The notes under the pieces were generated by a model. The model saw nothing but the letters and a program-made list of their open reading frames with translations. It was not told where the DNA came from and searched no databases. Position numbers and translations under genes: made by a program. From NCBI GenBank assembly GCA_002269645.1, contig NIVC01002608.1, forward strand, positions 93,082 through 157,081: DNA of 64,000 nucleotides, written 5' to 3'. The DNA comes from Macrostomum lignano. Taxonomy: Eukaryota. Below, one piece after another: positions 27,042 through 38,119 of the stretch (its first letter is position 1; each line of letters starts with the position of its first letter).

Positions 27042-27766
27042 TATTTGCATTATAAAGTAGGCCCTAGCATTTACAAAGAAAAGAACAGCGAACAGAACAG
27101 GGAAATTAAATTAATTAATAGGCCTAGTAAATACTAGATAGGCTAGCCATAATAGCCAAATGCCCTGTAGGAATGATAGATAAATACGTTTAAGCAGAAT
27201 CACACTGAAAGAAAGTTGCCCCGTCCCGTGGGTCAACTAACTGAATGACAAATTGAAATTAGGCCTAAGTAACTACAACATCGCACCGCGGGAATAATAT
27301 GTATAGCAAAAAATGCTAAAACGAGGAAGATACTTTTTTAAGGCCCAACCCCGGCCGGGCCAGATTTTTCGATTTAAAATTTCTAAAAGATAAACAAAAA
27401 AGCGACTTAAAATTGGGAGGTATTATTGCATGATAGGCATTAAGGAAGTTCCTAGAGTTCTAAAATAGTATTAAACACATTCAAGCTGTGTTTAGGGCTT
27501 TAAAATTAGCGTCACATATTTTTGAATTTTTGGCATGAATACCGCGGCCAGGCCAAGCCAGGGCAGCCATTTGGCATCCATTGCTTATTCAAGCTCAACC
27601 ACACTAAGCTTCACGAAACTAGTTGCAGCCCATTTTTGTTTTATAATTATTATTAGTACAGACTTGCGTTTTATATTTACTCAGTTTATATTTTGCGTCC
27701 TCCCTTACTTTTTCTAAATATTATACTTACTTCTTCTCCCTGCAGTAAGCAGGTATCGGTATAGCC

Positions 27767-30700
27767 ATGGAGAAGCATCAAAGAAGATTAAATGCTAGAA
27801 CACTTGGTCTAGGATATGCAGAAGCGGCGAAGCTGCTGTCAGAGAATGATGCCAACGATGGAATTGAAAGGTCCAGCATAGCTAAATTTACAGTAGAATT
27901 AGACGCTCTAAATGGCTATAGGTACTACTTCATTCCTGCAAATGAGGAGTTCAAGGACGACTGGAAGTACGATGCATTTCGGTGGAAGTCTCAAGGAACG
28001 GATACAATGCCAAGGTACATAAAGAGAACTGTTTCAAACAGACATACTTGTCTTTATTTTGATTAACGAGCATGTAGCAGTTTTGTGTACAAATGGACAA
28101 TGTTCTGTGGCTCTAAAATTACTTTTGACTTGTTAGATAGACTCACAGTTGGAAGATACTTTTTTCAAGCCCAAACTTTAGGTTGATCATGTTGATTAGA
28201 ATATCTGAAAGACATGGCATTTCACAAAGATTCTTACTTCACTTGGAGACTTTCGTGTACGTAGTGAGATTTTGTAATTTTCTGTTTTATATTATTCATT
28301 TAATTCTATATAATCTTGAAAGCAGGGATCCAGTGGATAGAATTTCAATTACAAATGCTGAATTGAATAAAGTTGTGCACTACTTTTTCTATTGAAAATG
28401 GTGCGTAAAAATTTGATAACATTTTTGCATCATTGCAGCATAATTATTTTTTATGGAAAAATATCACAAATCAAGAATTTTTATGTATGTATACGCACTC
28501 ATTTACCTCCCTTACCACGCATTCGCAGGCAACCTAATCAAAAAGGCCTTGCTCCAGTACTGTACAAGTACAAATACATTGCACTAAATGCATATCAACA
28601 GCATTTATCATTCTGGAGATGTGCATTCTGCCTTTTTCGATCAGATGGCAATGTTGATCAAAGGTGAGATATGTGGAAATGGCTTGAAAAAGAATGAGTA
28701 ATACTTTGCATACAGGAAACACTAAGCTTACTTTGGTTCTCCTCCCATTTCAGTATCACGCTGGTTCACTACTTTGGAGACCCCAACGATTGTCCTGCAG
28801 CCTTGATTCGGGGGCCTCAAAAGCCAGTAGACCAGGACAGTGACGACGAAGATGCCCCGCAAAGCAGCGACAATCAACAATCGAAGGCCAATCGGTTTCG
28901 GACTTGCCCCTCGACAATGAGGGCAATGAAGAAAGAATTGAAGTTAAAAATGCCTGCTGCCGTCTATAATCAATTTATGGCGCAAAACTCGGTAGACGCT
29001 AATCCGTCGTATCTGCCTCGAGATCCCAAGCAGGCGGCCAATGCCAAGTACCGCTCCTCAAAGGCTACTGGACTGGCAGATCAAATGCTGGCTGTCGCTG
29101 CGCTGCAGAATGAGGTGCCAGACTACATCCGGCATTTCACAGGTCTGCCTTACACTGCGATTGTTGTCGGGCAGAGGAATTTGCTGGAGCAAGTGAATAG
29201 AATGCTGCTGTTGAAGCCGAAGAAGCTGCTGATGTCATACGACACTGGCTTCTCTGTGTCAGATGTGCTGGTCTCTGCACTTGTCATACGACTGCCAGTG
29301 TTTGAAGGTGACACTGCCCCTATTGTGGCCCCATTGTACCTGATTCACGACAAGAAAGTCAGTCAGGTTCACCGCATTTTCTGGGAGGCAGCTAGCGAGG
29401 CTCTACCAGCTCTGCGTCAGGTTTCAACTACCTGCGTTTTTGATGGCGAGATTGGGCTGCGGCGGTCTTTACCAGAGTTGCTGCCCAAGGTCAAGATTCT
29501 TGGCTGTTGGAACCACTTGAGGACTGATGTCAAGAGGTGGTTGCAAAAGCACAGGAATCAAAGCACCGAGTTCCGCAAGGATGTCGACAATCTTCTTTGT
29601 TGTGAGACTGAAGACGACTTCCTGGATCTAGAGGCCACGCTGCATGAGAAGGAACACTGGACTGCAAGAGTGGTCAAGTACTATGAAGGCACAATAAGAC
29701 CGGCAATCGTGAAGTACAGCGGCCGCTGGATACTCGGACAGCATTACTGGGACAAGTCAGGCATAACGCAAAACCAGTCGGAAGCTCTGAACGCGCTTCT
29801 TCGAAGACACTTCAACTCGCAGCGTCGTGTTGGCATGATGCAATGCCTCATTGGCCTTCATGCACTCTCGATTGCAAGGCATAACGAGATTGCTCGCAGT
29901 CTAATGGGGTTTGGACGCTACCAGCTGAAGTCCAAGTATGCCTCTCTGAAGAAGGAAATCGGCGAGTGCAATATGCTGCAAGTACCAAAGTACGACACTC
30001 TGATGCAAGCAATCGTATCTGGCGTCACAGGAATGAGCGAAGAATTCGTTGCTCAACTAGTGATGGAACTGTCGGAGAAGAACCAGTCAGCCAGCCAGCC
30101 AGCAAGTCAGCCAGCCAGCCAGCCAGCCGAGGAGCCAGCAAGTCAGCCAGCCGAGCAGCCAGCCAGCCAGCCAGCAAGTCAGCCAGCCAACCAGCCAGCC
30201 GAGCAGCCAGCAAGTCAGCCAGCCAGCCAGCCGGCCGACTCCAGTGACGACGATGAAGATGACAGCAGTGGCGGAGACAGCAGCAGTGAGAGCAGCAGCG
30301 ATGACGAAGGCAAGAATGAGCGTCTGGCCAAGTGCAAAGCTCTAGGCTACAGCTTGGCCGAAGCTGATGACGGCAGTTACATTGTGACTAATACAATAAA
30401 CGCGCGGTTCGTTGTCTACTTCGCTGGCGGCCAGGCCTTATGCTCGTGTCCGATGCAGACTAAGTGCACCCATATTGGATTCGTCGGGTGCATGAAGAAT
30501 ATTCCGGTTGTATCGGACGGTCTGCCAAATGTAACGCGCATTTTGCAGAGGCCTAAAGGAAGAAAGACGCGACCTGGAAAGCCTTACACCAGAGAGGAGA
30601 CTAAAGACCTCAAGAAAATGAAACGGACTAAGATAAAGTCGAAGCTGCCGTCAAGACGAGACGCGAAGCCTGCCGATGGGCCCCCATCACCACCAGCAGT

Positions 30701-32513
30701 GCGCGTGACAGGAATTCCCATTCCTACCGTACCTGGAGGAGTGCGCCTGACAGGTGTTCCCGGAGGAGTGCGCCTGACAGGTGTACCCGGAGGAGTGCGC
30801 CCGACAGGTGTACCCGGAGGAGTGCGCCTGACAGGTGTACCTGGAGGAATTCGCCTGACAAACATACGTGCGTCATCTGCTCCAGTACCCGGACTGCGCT
30901 GCACACAATTTCGCGTTTTTCGCCAGCCGGCTAGGCCGCCTCCTCCTGCTTATCCAGGGCATACTACGCCAATGGAGAGCCGGCCACCCGACCAGTCAGC
31001 CAGCCAGCCAGCCAGCCGACCAGCCAGCCAGCCAACCAAGCAACCTGCCGAACAGCCGACCAGCCAGTCAGCTGGCCAGCCGACCAGTCAGCCAGCCAGC
31101 CAGCCAGCCGACCAGTCAGCCAGCCAGCCAGCCAGCCGACCAGCCAGCCAGCCAACCAACCAACCTGCCGAACAGCCGACCAGACAGTCAGCTGGCCAGC
31201 CGACCAGCCAGTCAGCAAGCAAGCCAGCCAGCCGACCAGCCAGCCAGCCAACCAATCAACCTGCCGAACAGCCGACCAGCCAGTCAGCTAGCCAGCAAGC
31301 CGACCAGTCAGCCAGCCAGCCGACCAGCCAGCCAGCTAGCCAGCCGAGCCGTAAGCGAGTCAGCCAAAGTTACGAGGAGACGTTTTTGACTGACCTAACC
31401 AACCTACCAGCTAAACGGCGTCAAAGTTCTGCATCGGTGGATACGGAGCGAAAGCTGTTCACCGTCAGAACTGACAGATCGGACTACGCTATCTGGACCT
31501 ATGAGCGTGACAGCTTGCATGGCACACGCTGGATTTCAGCAAGTGTACGTGTCGAAACTGAATCACTCGTTGATGATTAAAATTAAAATCTCATCATGCA
31601 TTCCCCTCGTTCACTGCTGCAGATCCCCAACGCCTACATAGCTGTACTGGCATGTCAGGCTAAGTGTGGCATTACGCCTCTGTACAATTACGAGGTGGAC
31701 ACACTAGGGGACGCCATCCTGCAAGACGAACTTCAGACGAAGCTTGTGAATGCTAATAGGAAGGCAGGCTCCCGCATTCTTGTCGGCCCTCTGCTACTTA
31801 GCCATCACTTTTGCCTGCTCATCATAGACTTACGACTGCGCAGTCTCGTTGTCATTGACCCGAAGGTCAGGCAGAGCGACGAGCTGACTAAGAAATTCGT
31901 TATCGCTGTCAAGTAAGCTAAAGTTCTGTTGAAACAGTAAACTTGCTCCATTTCGACATGAAGGTCCAAAAGTTTGCGAAACACCCACATTGCTACTTAC
32001 CCCTAAACACCCACCTAATCTGCACGCAGCCAACTGCAACATCTTACTGGCTGGCCGACCCTGGACAAGCCTGCACGCATGCCAGGGCACTTCGTTCAGG
32101 AGGACAGCTACAGCTGTGGCATCCTGGTGTGCCTCTTTGCGGAGAGCGTCATTTATACGAAGCACACCGTCCTGCCAGAAGTCGTTCACAACCTCCCTTA
32201 CCAGAGACTGCGCATCTGGAATACCTTGGTGAAGGCCGCCATCGGCTCGAGTGGCCTGTGCTTCACCTGTGGCGAGGAGGAAGTTTTTTCGACTCGGCGG
32301 CACAGGAAGCCGGATGAATGGGTAAGAAACATTTGCACACAGCAGCAGTACACGTGTCAAAATTACCTTCCCCATGCCCCTTTATCTTCATCACAGATTG
32401 CCTGTGATTCCTGTGAAGCCTGGCATCACCAGTTCTGCGTTGGAATCGCAAAGCTAGCACCGTCAAGGGTGTGGCACTGCCCCACTTGCCGGCTCGGAAG
32501 GCAGACAGACTGA
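27767..32513 (+). CDS. MULE transposase fused to SWIM zinc finger, Ulp1/C48 SUMO-peptidase-like domain and PHD finger, ~1,290 aa; exons 27767-28014, 28529-28663, 28754-31544, 31623-31912, 32030-32321, 32397-32513
   Basis: All five introns are GT-AG and phase-compatible (3,873 nt, no internal stop). N-terminal DDWKYDAFRWKSQG...LVHYFGD (WRKY/GCM-like). DDE core MSYDTGF / VFDGE / GCWNH / NQSEALN. SWIM CSCPMQTKCTH. Ulp1 motifs RWISAS|IPNAY, HFCLLIID, VIDP, QEDSYSCG. PHD CFTC...W|IACDSCEAWHHQFC...WHCPTC. Confidence 0.9.
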
Positions 32514-33398
32514 TTGACGAATGGTAATTATCATGATCTGACTAGTCTGTTTCGAGTATCAGCTTGCAGCATTTACTTGCAGCAATTTATAAGTACAACA
32601 CTTCTCTATAAAATCCACTGAAGTCGTTCCATTTTTGTCTTTATTCAACCGATAATTTTACGCAAGCATTAGATACAAAAATAAGTATGTCGAAAAAAAG
32701 TCATCACGATTAATTATGTTACAAAGTGTCTTGAATTTCATTAATTCAAGAATAAATTCATTTTGTTGGAGACCACTCAGTTGCGACATTGTCGTTTTTC
32801 ACCGTTTATTACTGACATGCCCAGTCCTCTTATGTTTTATCCACAGAACTTACACAAAATGCTCAATCAGCGTTCTCTTTTTAGAATAGAACTGAGTAGA
32901 AATAGATACGCGCTCACACTACTTTGTTGATGAAGAGGAATGAGTAGCCATATGTTAGTCTATGGCCAAAACATCGGGGTTTTCGCGAGTGTCTATGAGG
33001 CGAAGGCTTAAAGTTAGTTCTGTGTAAGTTCTGTGGTTTTATTTGCTGTTTAACGTAATGTTATCTTCATCAACTGATTGCAATCTTTTGTCGTCAATGA
33101 CTATATTTTCTTAACTTGTAATAACAAATACATCGATAACGAAGGCTGAATAATTGAAAACTACGTTCGCATATAACACGAGAGATTAAGAAAAAGAACA
33201 TAAATTACACGTACGAATTTTACTGGCTTAATTGAGTTTAAAGGCAATAAAAACAGGGACTCAGCATACCAATAGCATATAAAAATGATAGCGCCCTATT
33301 GTTGTCAAAATCAATTACTGACACTGCGAATGTTGCACATTACTGAAAACAATTATTGCTAGCTTCATTACAACAGTTATGTGCTTGCGACCTGCCTT

Positions 33399-34604
33399 TC
33401 ACTTTGATGCCGATCTGCCGGTGGCCTTCGACTTCGATCCTGATCCGCCGGTGGCCTTCGACTTCGATCCTGATCCGCCGGTGGCCTTCGACTTCGATCC
33501 TGATCCGCCGGTGGCCTTCGACTTCGATCCTGATCTGCCGGTGGCCTTCGACTTCGATCCCGATCCAGTGTTAGCCATTGATTTGCTGACGACGATGCTG
33601 CTTTTCTGCCATTTAGTTTTGCATGCTCTGTTTCTTATTTTCGTAGACGGAAGACGAGCAGCTTCCGAAGCTTCTCTTACGGCAGCTTCCGAAGCTTCTC
33701 TTACGGCAGCTTCCGAAGCTTCTCTTACGGCAGCTTCCGAAGCTTCTCTTACGGCAGCTTCCGAAGCTTCTCTTACGGCAGCTTCCGAAGCTTCTCTTAC
33801 GGCAGCTTCCGAAGCTTCTCTGACGGCAGCTTCCGAAGCTTCTCTTACGGCAGCTTCCGAAGCTTCTCTTACGGCAGCTTCCGAAGCTTCTCTTACGGCA
33901 GCTTCCGAAGCCTCTCTTACCGCAGCTTCCGAAGTCTCGCTTACGGCAGCTTTCGAAGCCTCTTGAATGTCATCATGATCTTGAAACTCTAGAGAAGCGG
34001 TTTCGTCACCTGCAGACTCAACATTTTCATTGATCTCGCAGTCGTACGTGCTTTTGCGGAACTCAATTTCGGAAGCATTACCAGAATTTATACTAAATTT
34101 CGTTGCTTTAACGCACTCTGCTTGAATCTGCTTAGTGCAGGCGATTGAAGCTCGAATGAGGCCTGCCAATGCAGGAGAAGCAAACGACTCTGCTCGCCTT
34201 AAATTCTTTAACGCCTTGATGATTAGTCCGTTAGCCATACCATCATCGTTACGCTCAATTACATCTACGCGCTTCCAATGGTGACCTTCAAGCCAGTCTC
34301 TGCCAGCCTCAACAGCACGAAGACGGTTCGAATAATCTTGTCTCGCGTCGGACGATGTCTTTTTTCGAAAAACAGCTACGCCATCTACTAACGCCAAAGA
34401 AAGGCCTCCACAACTTAGATATTTGATGTCACTCCCAGGAACTGTTCGCAGATTGGATTCTAAAACATTAACACTCAGATAATGAGCTGCTTCGCGTACG
34501 TTGCTAACGTTGACATTTAAACCAACAACTAGATCGACATCAGGGCAATCGCGCGGCAAGGGCCCCTGAGCTTCGAAAATGACGAACGGATCTTTGACGA
34601 ACGC
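33399..34604 (-). CDS. MULE accessory ORF of unknown function (>=400-aa exon, convergent with the transposase), with EASEAAVR x~12 and GSGSKSKATG x~5 repeats; start codon not located
   Basis: Open frame from the acceptor atttatttcag|GCG at 34605/34604 to TGA at 33399. About 230 aa of non-repetitive sequence precede the repeats. Lies inside the TIRs. Confidence 0.6.
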   Translation of the reverse strand, partial: AFVKDPFVIFEAQGPLPRDCPDVDLVVGLNVNVSNVREAAHYLSVNVLESNLRTVPGSDIKYLSCGGLSLALVDGVAVFRKKTSSDARQDYSNRLRAVEAGRDWLEGHHWKRVDVIERNDDGMANGLIIKALKNLRRAESFASPALAGLIRASIACTKQIQAECVKATKFSINSGNASEIEFRKSTYDCEINENVESAGDETASLEFQDHDDIQEASKAAVSETSEAAVREASEAAVREASEAAVREASEAAVREASEAAVREASEAAVREASEAAVREASEAAVREASEAAVREASEAAVREASEAAVREASEAARLPSTKIRNRACKTKWQKSSIVVSKSMANTGSGSKSKATGRSGSKSKATGGSGSKSKATGGSGSKSKATGGSGSKSKATGRSASK

Positions 34605-34670
34605 CTGAAATAAATTTTAGAGCAAATTTTACTGCACGATACTCACTCAGTACAAAAAAACATTGATACT

Positions 34671-35590
34671 ATTGATACTGGTAAACAAGGCATACTTAAG
34701 GTGTTTAGGGCTAGTTTTATTCTAATCAAGCATCTAAGGTAAGAATGGACCTGCACATTATAGTAAACATATGGAAACATGAAAGCATGAAAATATTGTG
34801 TTTTCATGTTTAGTACTATATATAGATAGTTTAAAGTAAAGAAGGTATTGATACTGGTAAACAAGGCATACTTAAGGTGTCTAGGGCTAGTTTTATTCTA
34901 ATCAAGCATCTAAGGTAAGAATGGACCTGCACATTATAGTATACATATGGAAACATGAAAGCATGAAAATATTGTGTTTTCATGTTTAGTACTATATATA
35001 GATAGTTTAAAGTAAAGAAGGTATTGATACTGGTAAACAAGGCATACTTAAGGTGTCTAGGGCTAGTTTTATTCTAATCAAGCAGCTAAGGTAAGAATGG
35101 ACCTGCACATTATAGTAAACATATGGAAACATGAAAGCATGAAAATATTATGTTTTTATGTTTAGTGCTATATATATAGATAGTTTAAAGTAAAGAAGGT
35201 ATTGATACTGGTAAACAAGGCATACTTAAGGTGTCTAGGGCTAGTTTTATTCTAATCAAGCATCTAAGGTAAGAATGGACCTGCACATTATAGTAAACAT
35301 ATGGAAACATGAAAGCATGAAAATATTGTGTTTTCATGTTTAGTACTATATATAGATAGTTTAAAGTAAAGAAGGTATTGATACTGGTAAACAAGGCATA
35401 CTTAAGGTGTCTAGGGCTAGTTTTATTCTAATCAAGCAGCTAAGGTAAGAATGGACCTGCACATTATAGTAAACATATGGAAACATGAAAGCATGAAAAT
35501 ATTGTGTTTTCATGTTTAGTGCTATATATATAGATAGTTTAAAGTAAAGAAGGTATTGATACTGGTAAACAAGGCATACTTAAGGTGTAT
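34671..35590. repeat. 176-178-bp tandem repeat, five full copies plus a partial copy, inside the MULE
   Basis: Units start at 34671, 34847, 35023, 35201, 35377 and 35555 (ATTGATACTGGTAAACAAGGCATACTTAAGG...), nearly identical and AT-rich. Confidence 0.95.
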
Positions 35591-37531
35591 AATATTTAAT
35601 GATAGGCCTAAGCGTAGAAAAGGTAGACTTTTGGAAATATAGGAAAAGGGTAAAGTAAGTTTCATAAAATGGTATGCATGGCTTTCATTATATTTCATTA
35701 TGTATATTATTATCTAATAACCTATTGAAATAGGTGTGATATGCCATTCAAGTCTAGAAAGAAAGCAATAATGAAAGAATAGTTTTATAAAAAGGTAATC
35801 AATTCATATTTATTTAGATTTTAGTACTAGGTTTGCTAAAAAGAACATTAAATAATTAAATAATTTTATTCAAATTGTTATTAGTGGCAATGTTTTGAGC
35901 TTTGAGATTTGACAAATAAATTTATATAGCTTAGCTATAAAGTACAGGAGAGTAATATCCCTCTTAGCCTAAGAGAGTAAATAAAGGCCTATACAAAGCA
36001 TAACTTTTTTATAAATGTTAAAGTCTAAAGCTTAATATGTAACATGTTGGATGGATATATAATATAGTTGAAAGAAAAAATGATATTTGTGTAATGCCAA
36101 AGCTCATGTAAGACTTTGCTTTATACTTAATGTAATAGTAACAGACATAGATACCTACCGACAAACCATTTTTAGTTTTGGGGGGGGTTGAATGTAAAAC
36201 TTAAAATATGTAAAACCTATATAAAGTAAAGGCAGATGCATTTTTCTTAGAACCGGTAATAACTAGTAACTAACTATTACTTTTTAATAAACATAATTAG
36301 TACGACAAATAATTATGCTTATAAGACATTCAGATAGGTATGCTCCAGTCCTATCGGACAACTTACATGCTATTTTTTTGTTTATCTTTGAGAAATTTTA
36401 AATCGAAAAATCTGGCCCGGCCGGGGTTGGGCCTTAAAAAAGTCACACCCCTAAAACGAAAACTTGAATTTTAATTCTAAAATACCAACATATTTAAACC
36501 CAACAGAAATTTATATAAAGTATGTTTTAAAAAAGTTTCGTGCAATTGAGTGCGGTTTCATACCTGTAAAATGCTTATACTAGTAACTAGGTAATGTATT
36601 TTTTTAACTAAGTAAAAAGTTCTCAGAAAAGGTTTTAAATTTTGTATGTATGGCTTTTATTTTCCATGTCGTCGCCGCAGCAAATAATTACTGTATAATG
36701 AACGACGACAATGTTCAAGTTATTTTTTCGAATGCGTAATAGGTCTAGCGTCTAAATTTTAAAACATTGTTAGTGAAATAGACAGAGAATATACAGTAGG
36801 CCTAATGTATTTACAAGATAATATGGACAAGGTTACTACATAAATCATAAATGCACAATCGAAATTAATTTTAATACATATGCTGTGGATTTATTATATC
36901 TAGCCATTACAGATCATAATGTAAAACTTAGATATTTTATTAAATATGTAATGTATAGGCCTATTTATGGTCACTGGTCAGATCGTCATATTCCATTTCA
37001 TCATATCGGATGACGAAGTGACCAGAAGCAAAGTAGCTTGAAAAATAATAATTTAATATGACGAAGTGACCAAATATTTAGTTTATGCTGGATACTTCGT
37101 CATCAACCAATCAATCTATGCGTGATTCGAGCTAGTGTAGGCTATTTTTTGTTTAATAACTAAAAGCTACAGCAAGCAGAACTGATCAATTGACAGGTTT
37201 TATCAATCGAGATGACAAAATGACTGGGATCATTAGGATTCCAACAAGTAAATATATTTTATTGCCACAATAATTCACTAGAAGTTGGAACTAATTGGAT
37301 GATGAAATGACTCTCTTCAGAAGTTCAGGTAGTGCATATTAATTAAGATGACAAAGTGACCATAGTCGAGGGCGAGGTGAGCACCCCAGACATCCAGATG
37401 ATGAATTGACTAGGAACCCTATTTATTACATAGGGGCCTAATTCTGATTATTCTGTACTTATTAATTATACAATAACTTTGATTAAAATAGATGACTGAT
37501 CTAATCAGACAAGATGAATAGTTGATTTAAA

Positions 37532-38119
37532 GGCAGTGCTTATCCCCACGGTACCATAGGAATAATTTCTGTCTTATTCCAACGGTACCATGGGGATAAT
37601 TTTCTGCATATCCGCATGGCACACTGACGAGATAGCTGCCCTATCTTCTACATATGCCGTGGGTTCATAATTTAGTTTAGTACTTACGGTTTGAGTGCAG
37701 TATAACAACATAACTTTGCTTGGCCATTATTTTAATAGAAGTAAAGATTTAATGGCCGTTTTACGCAAAAAAACACTTTTTTATGACGTATGATTTAAGA
37801 TGAATTGCTCTAGTAATTGTTTACAATTTAAGAACTTTTAGCAACTAGTCTAATCCCGACATCCCCGAAAAGTCCATTGCCGCTGCTTCTGTAGACTTCT
37901 TACTAGACATGTAAATTCTCAATTTGTTTGTATAGATTATTGCATTGCTTCAACAATTCACCCGTGCGGATAAGCAGAAAATTATTCCCATGGCATATGT
38001 AGAAGATGGGGCAGCTATCTTGTCAATGTGCCGTGCGGATAAGCAGAAAATTATCCCCACGGTACCGTTGGAATAAGACAGAAATTATTCCTACGGTACC
38101 GTGGGGATAAGCACTGCCT
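37532..38119. mobile_element. MITE with ~135-bp TIRs (GGCAGTGCTTATCCCCACGGTACC...) and 8-bp TSD GATTTAAA (hAT/P-like)
   Basis: Long inverted repeat at ~37532-37665 vs ~37985-38119. GATTTAAA occurs at 37524-37531 and 38120-38127. No ORF. Confidence 0.82.

Larger units (their letters stand above)
27325..36450 (+). mobile_element. Complete Mutator-like (MULE/MuDR) DNA transposon, 9,126 bp, 77-bp TIRs, 9-bp TSD CTAAAACGA
   Basis: TIR 27325-27401 vs 36374-36450 (GG..ACTTTTTTAAGGCCCAACCCCGGCCGGGCCAGATTTTTCGATTTAAAATTTCT[A/C]AAAGATAAACAAAAAA). Identical CTAAAACGA at 27316-27324 and 36451-36459, exactly abutting the G...C termini. Encloses a MULE transposase gene. Confidence 0.93.

Noticed and set aside
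27338-36437. TTAA-flanked element (piggyBac/Kolobok) reading of the 9-kb transposon
   Set aside because: TTAA lies inside the TIR. The inverted match continues outward to G...C ends abutted by an exact 9-bp duplication, and the transposase has MULE motifs.
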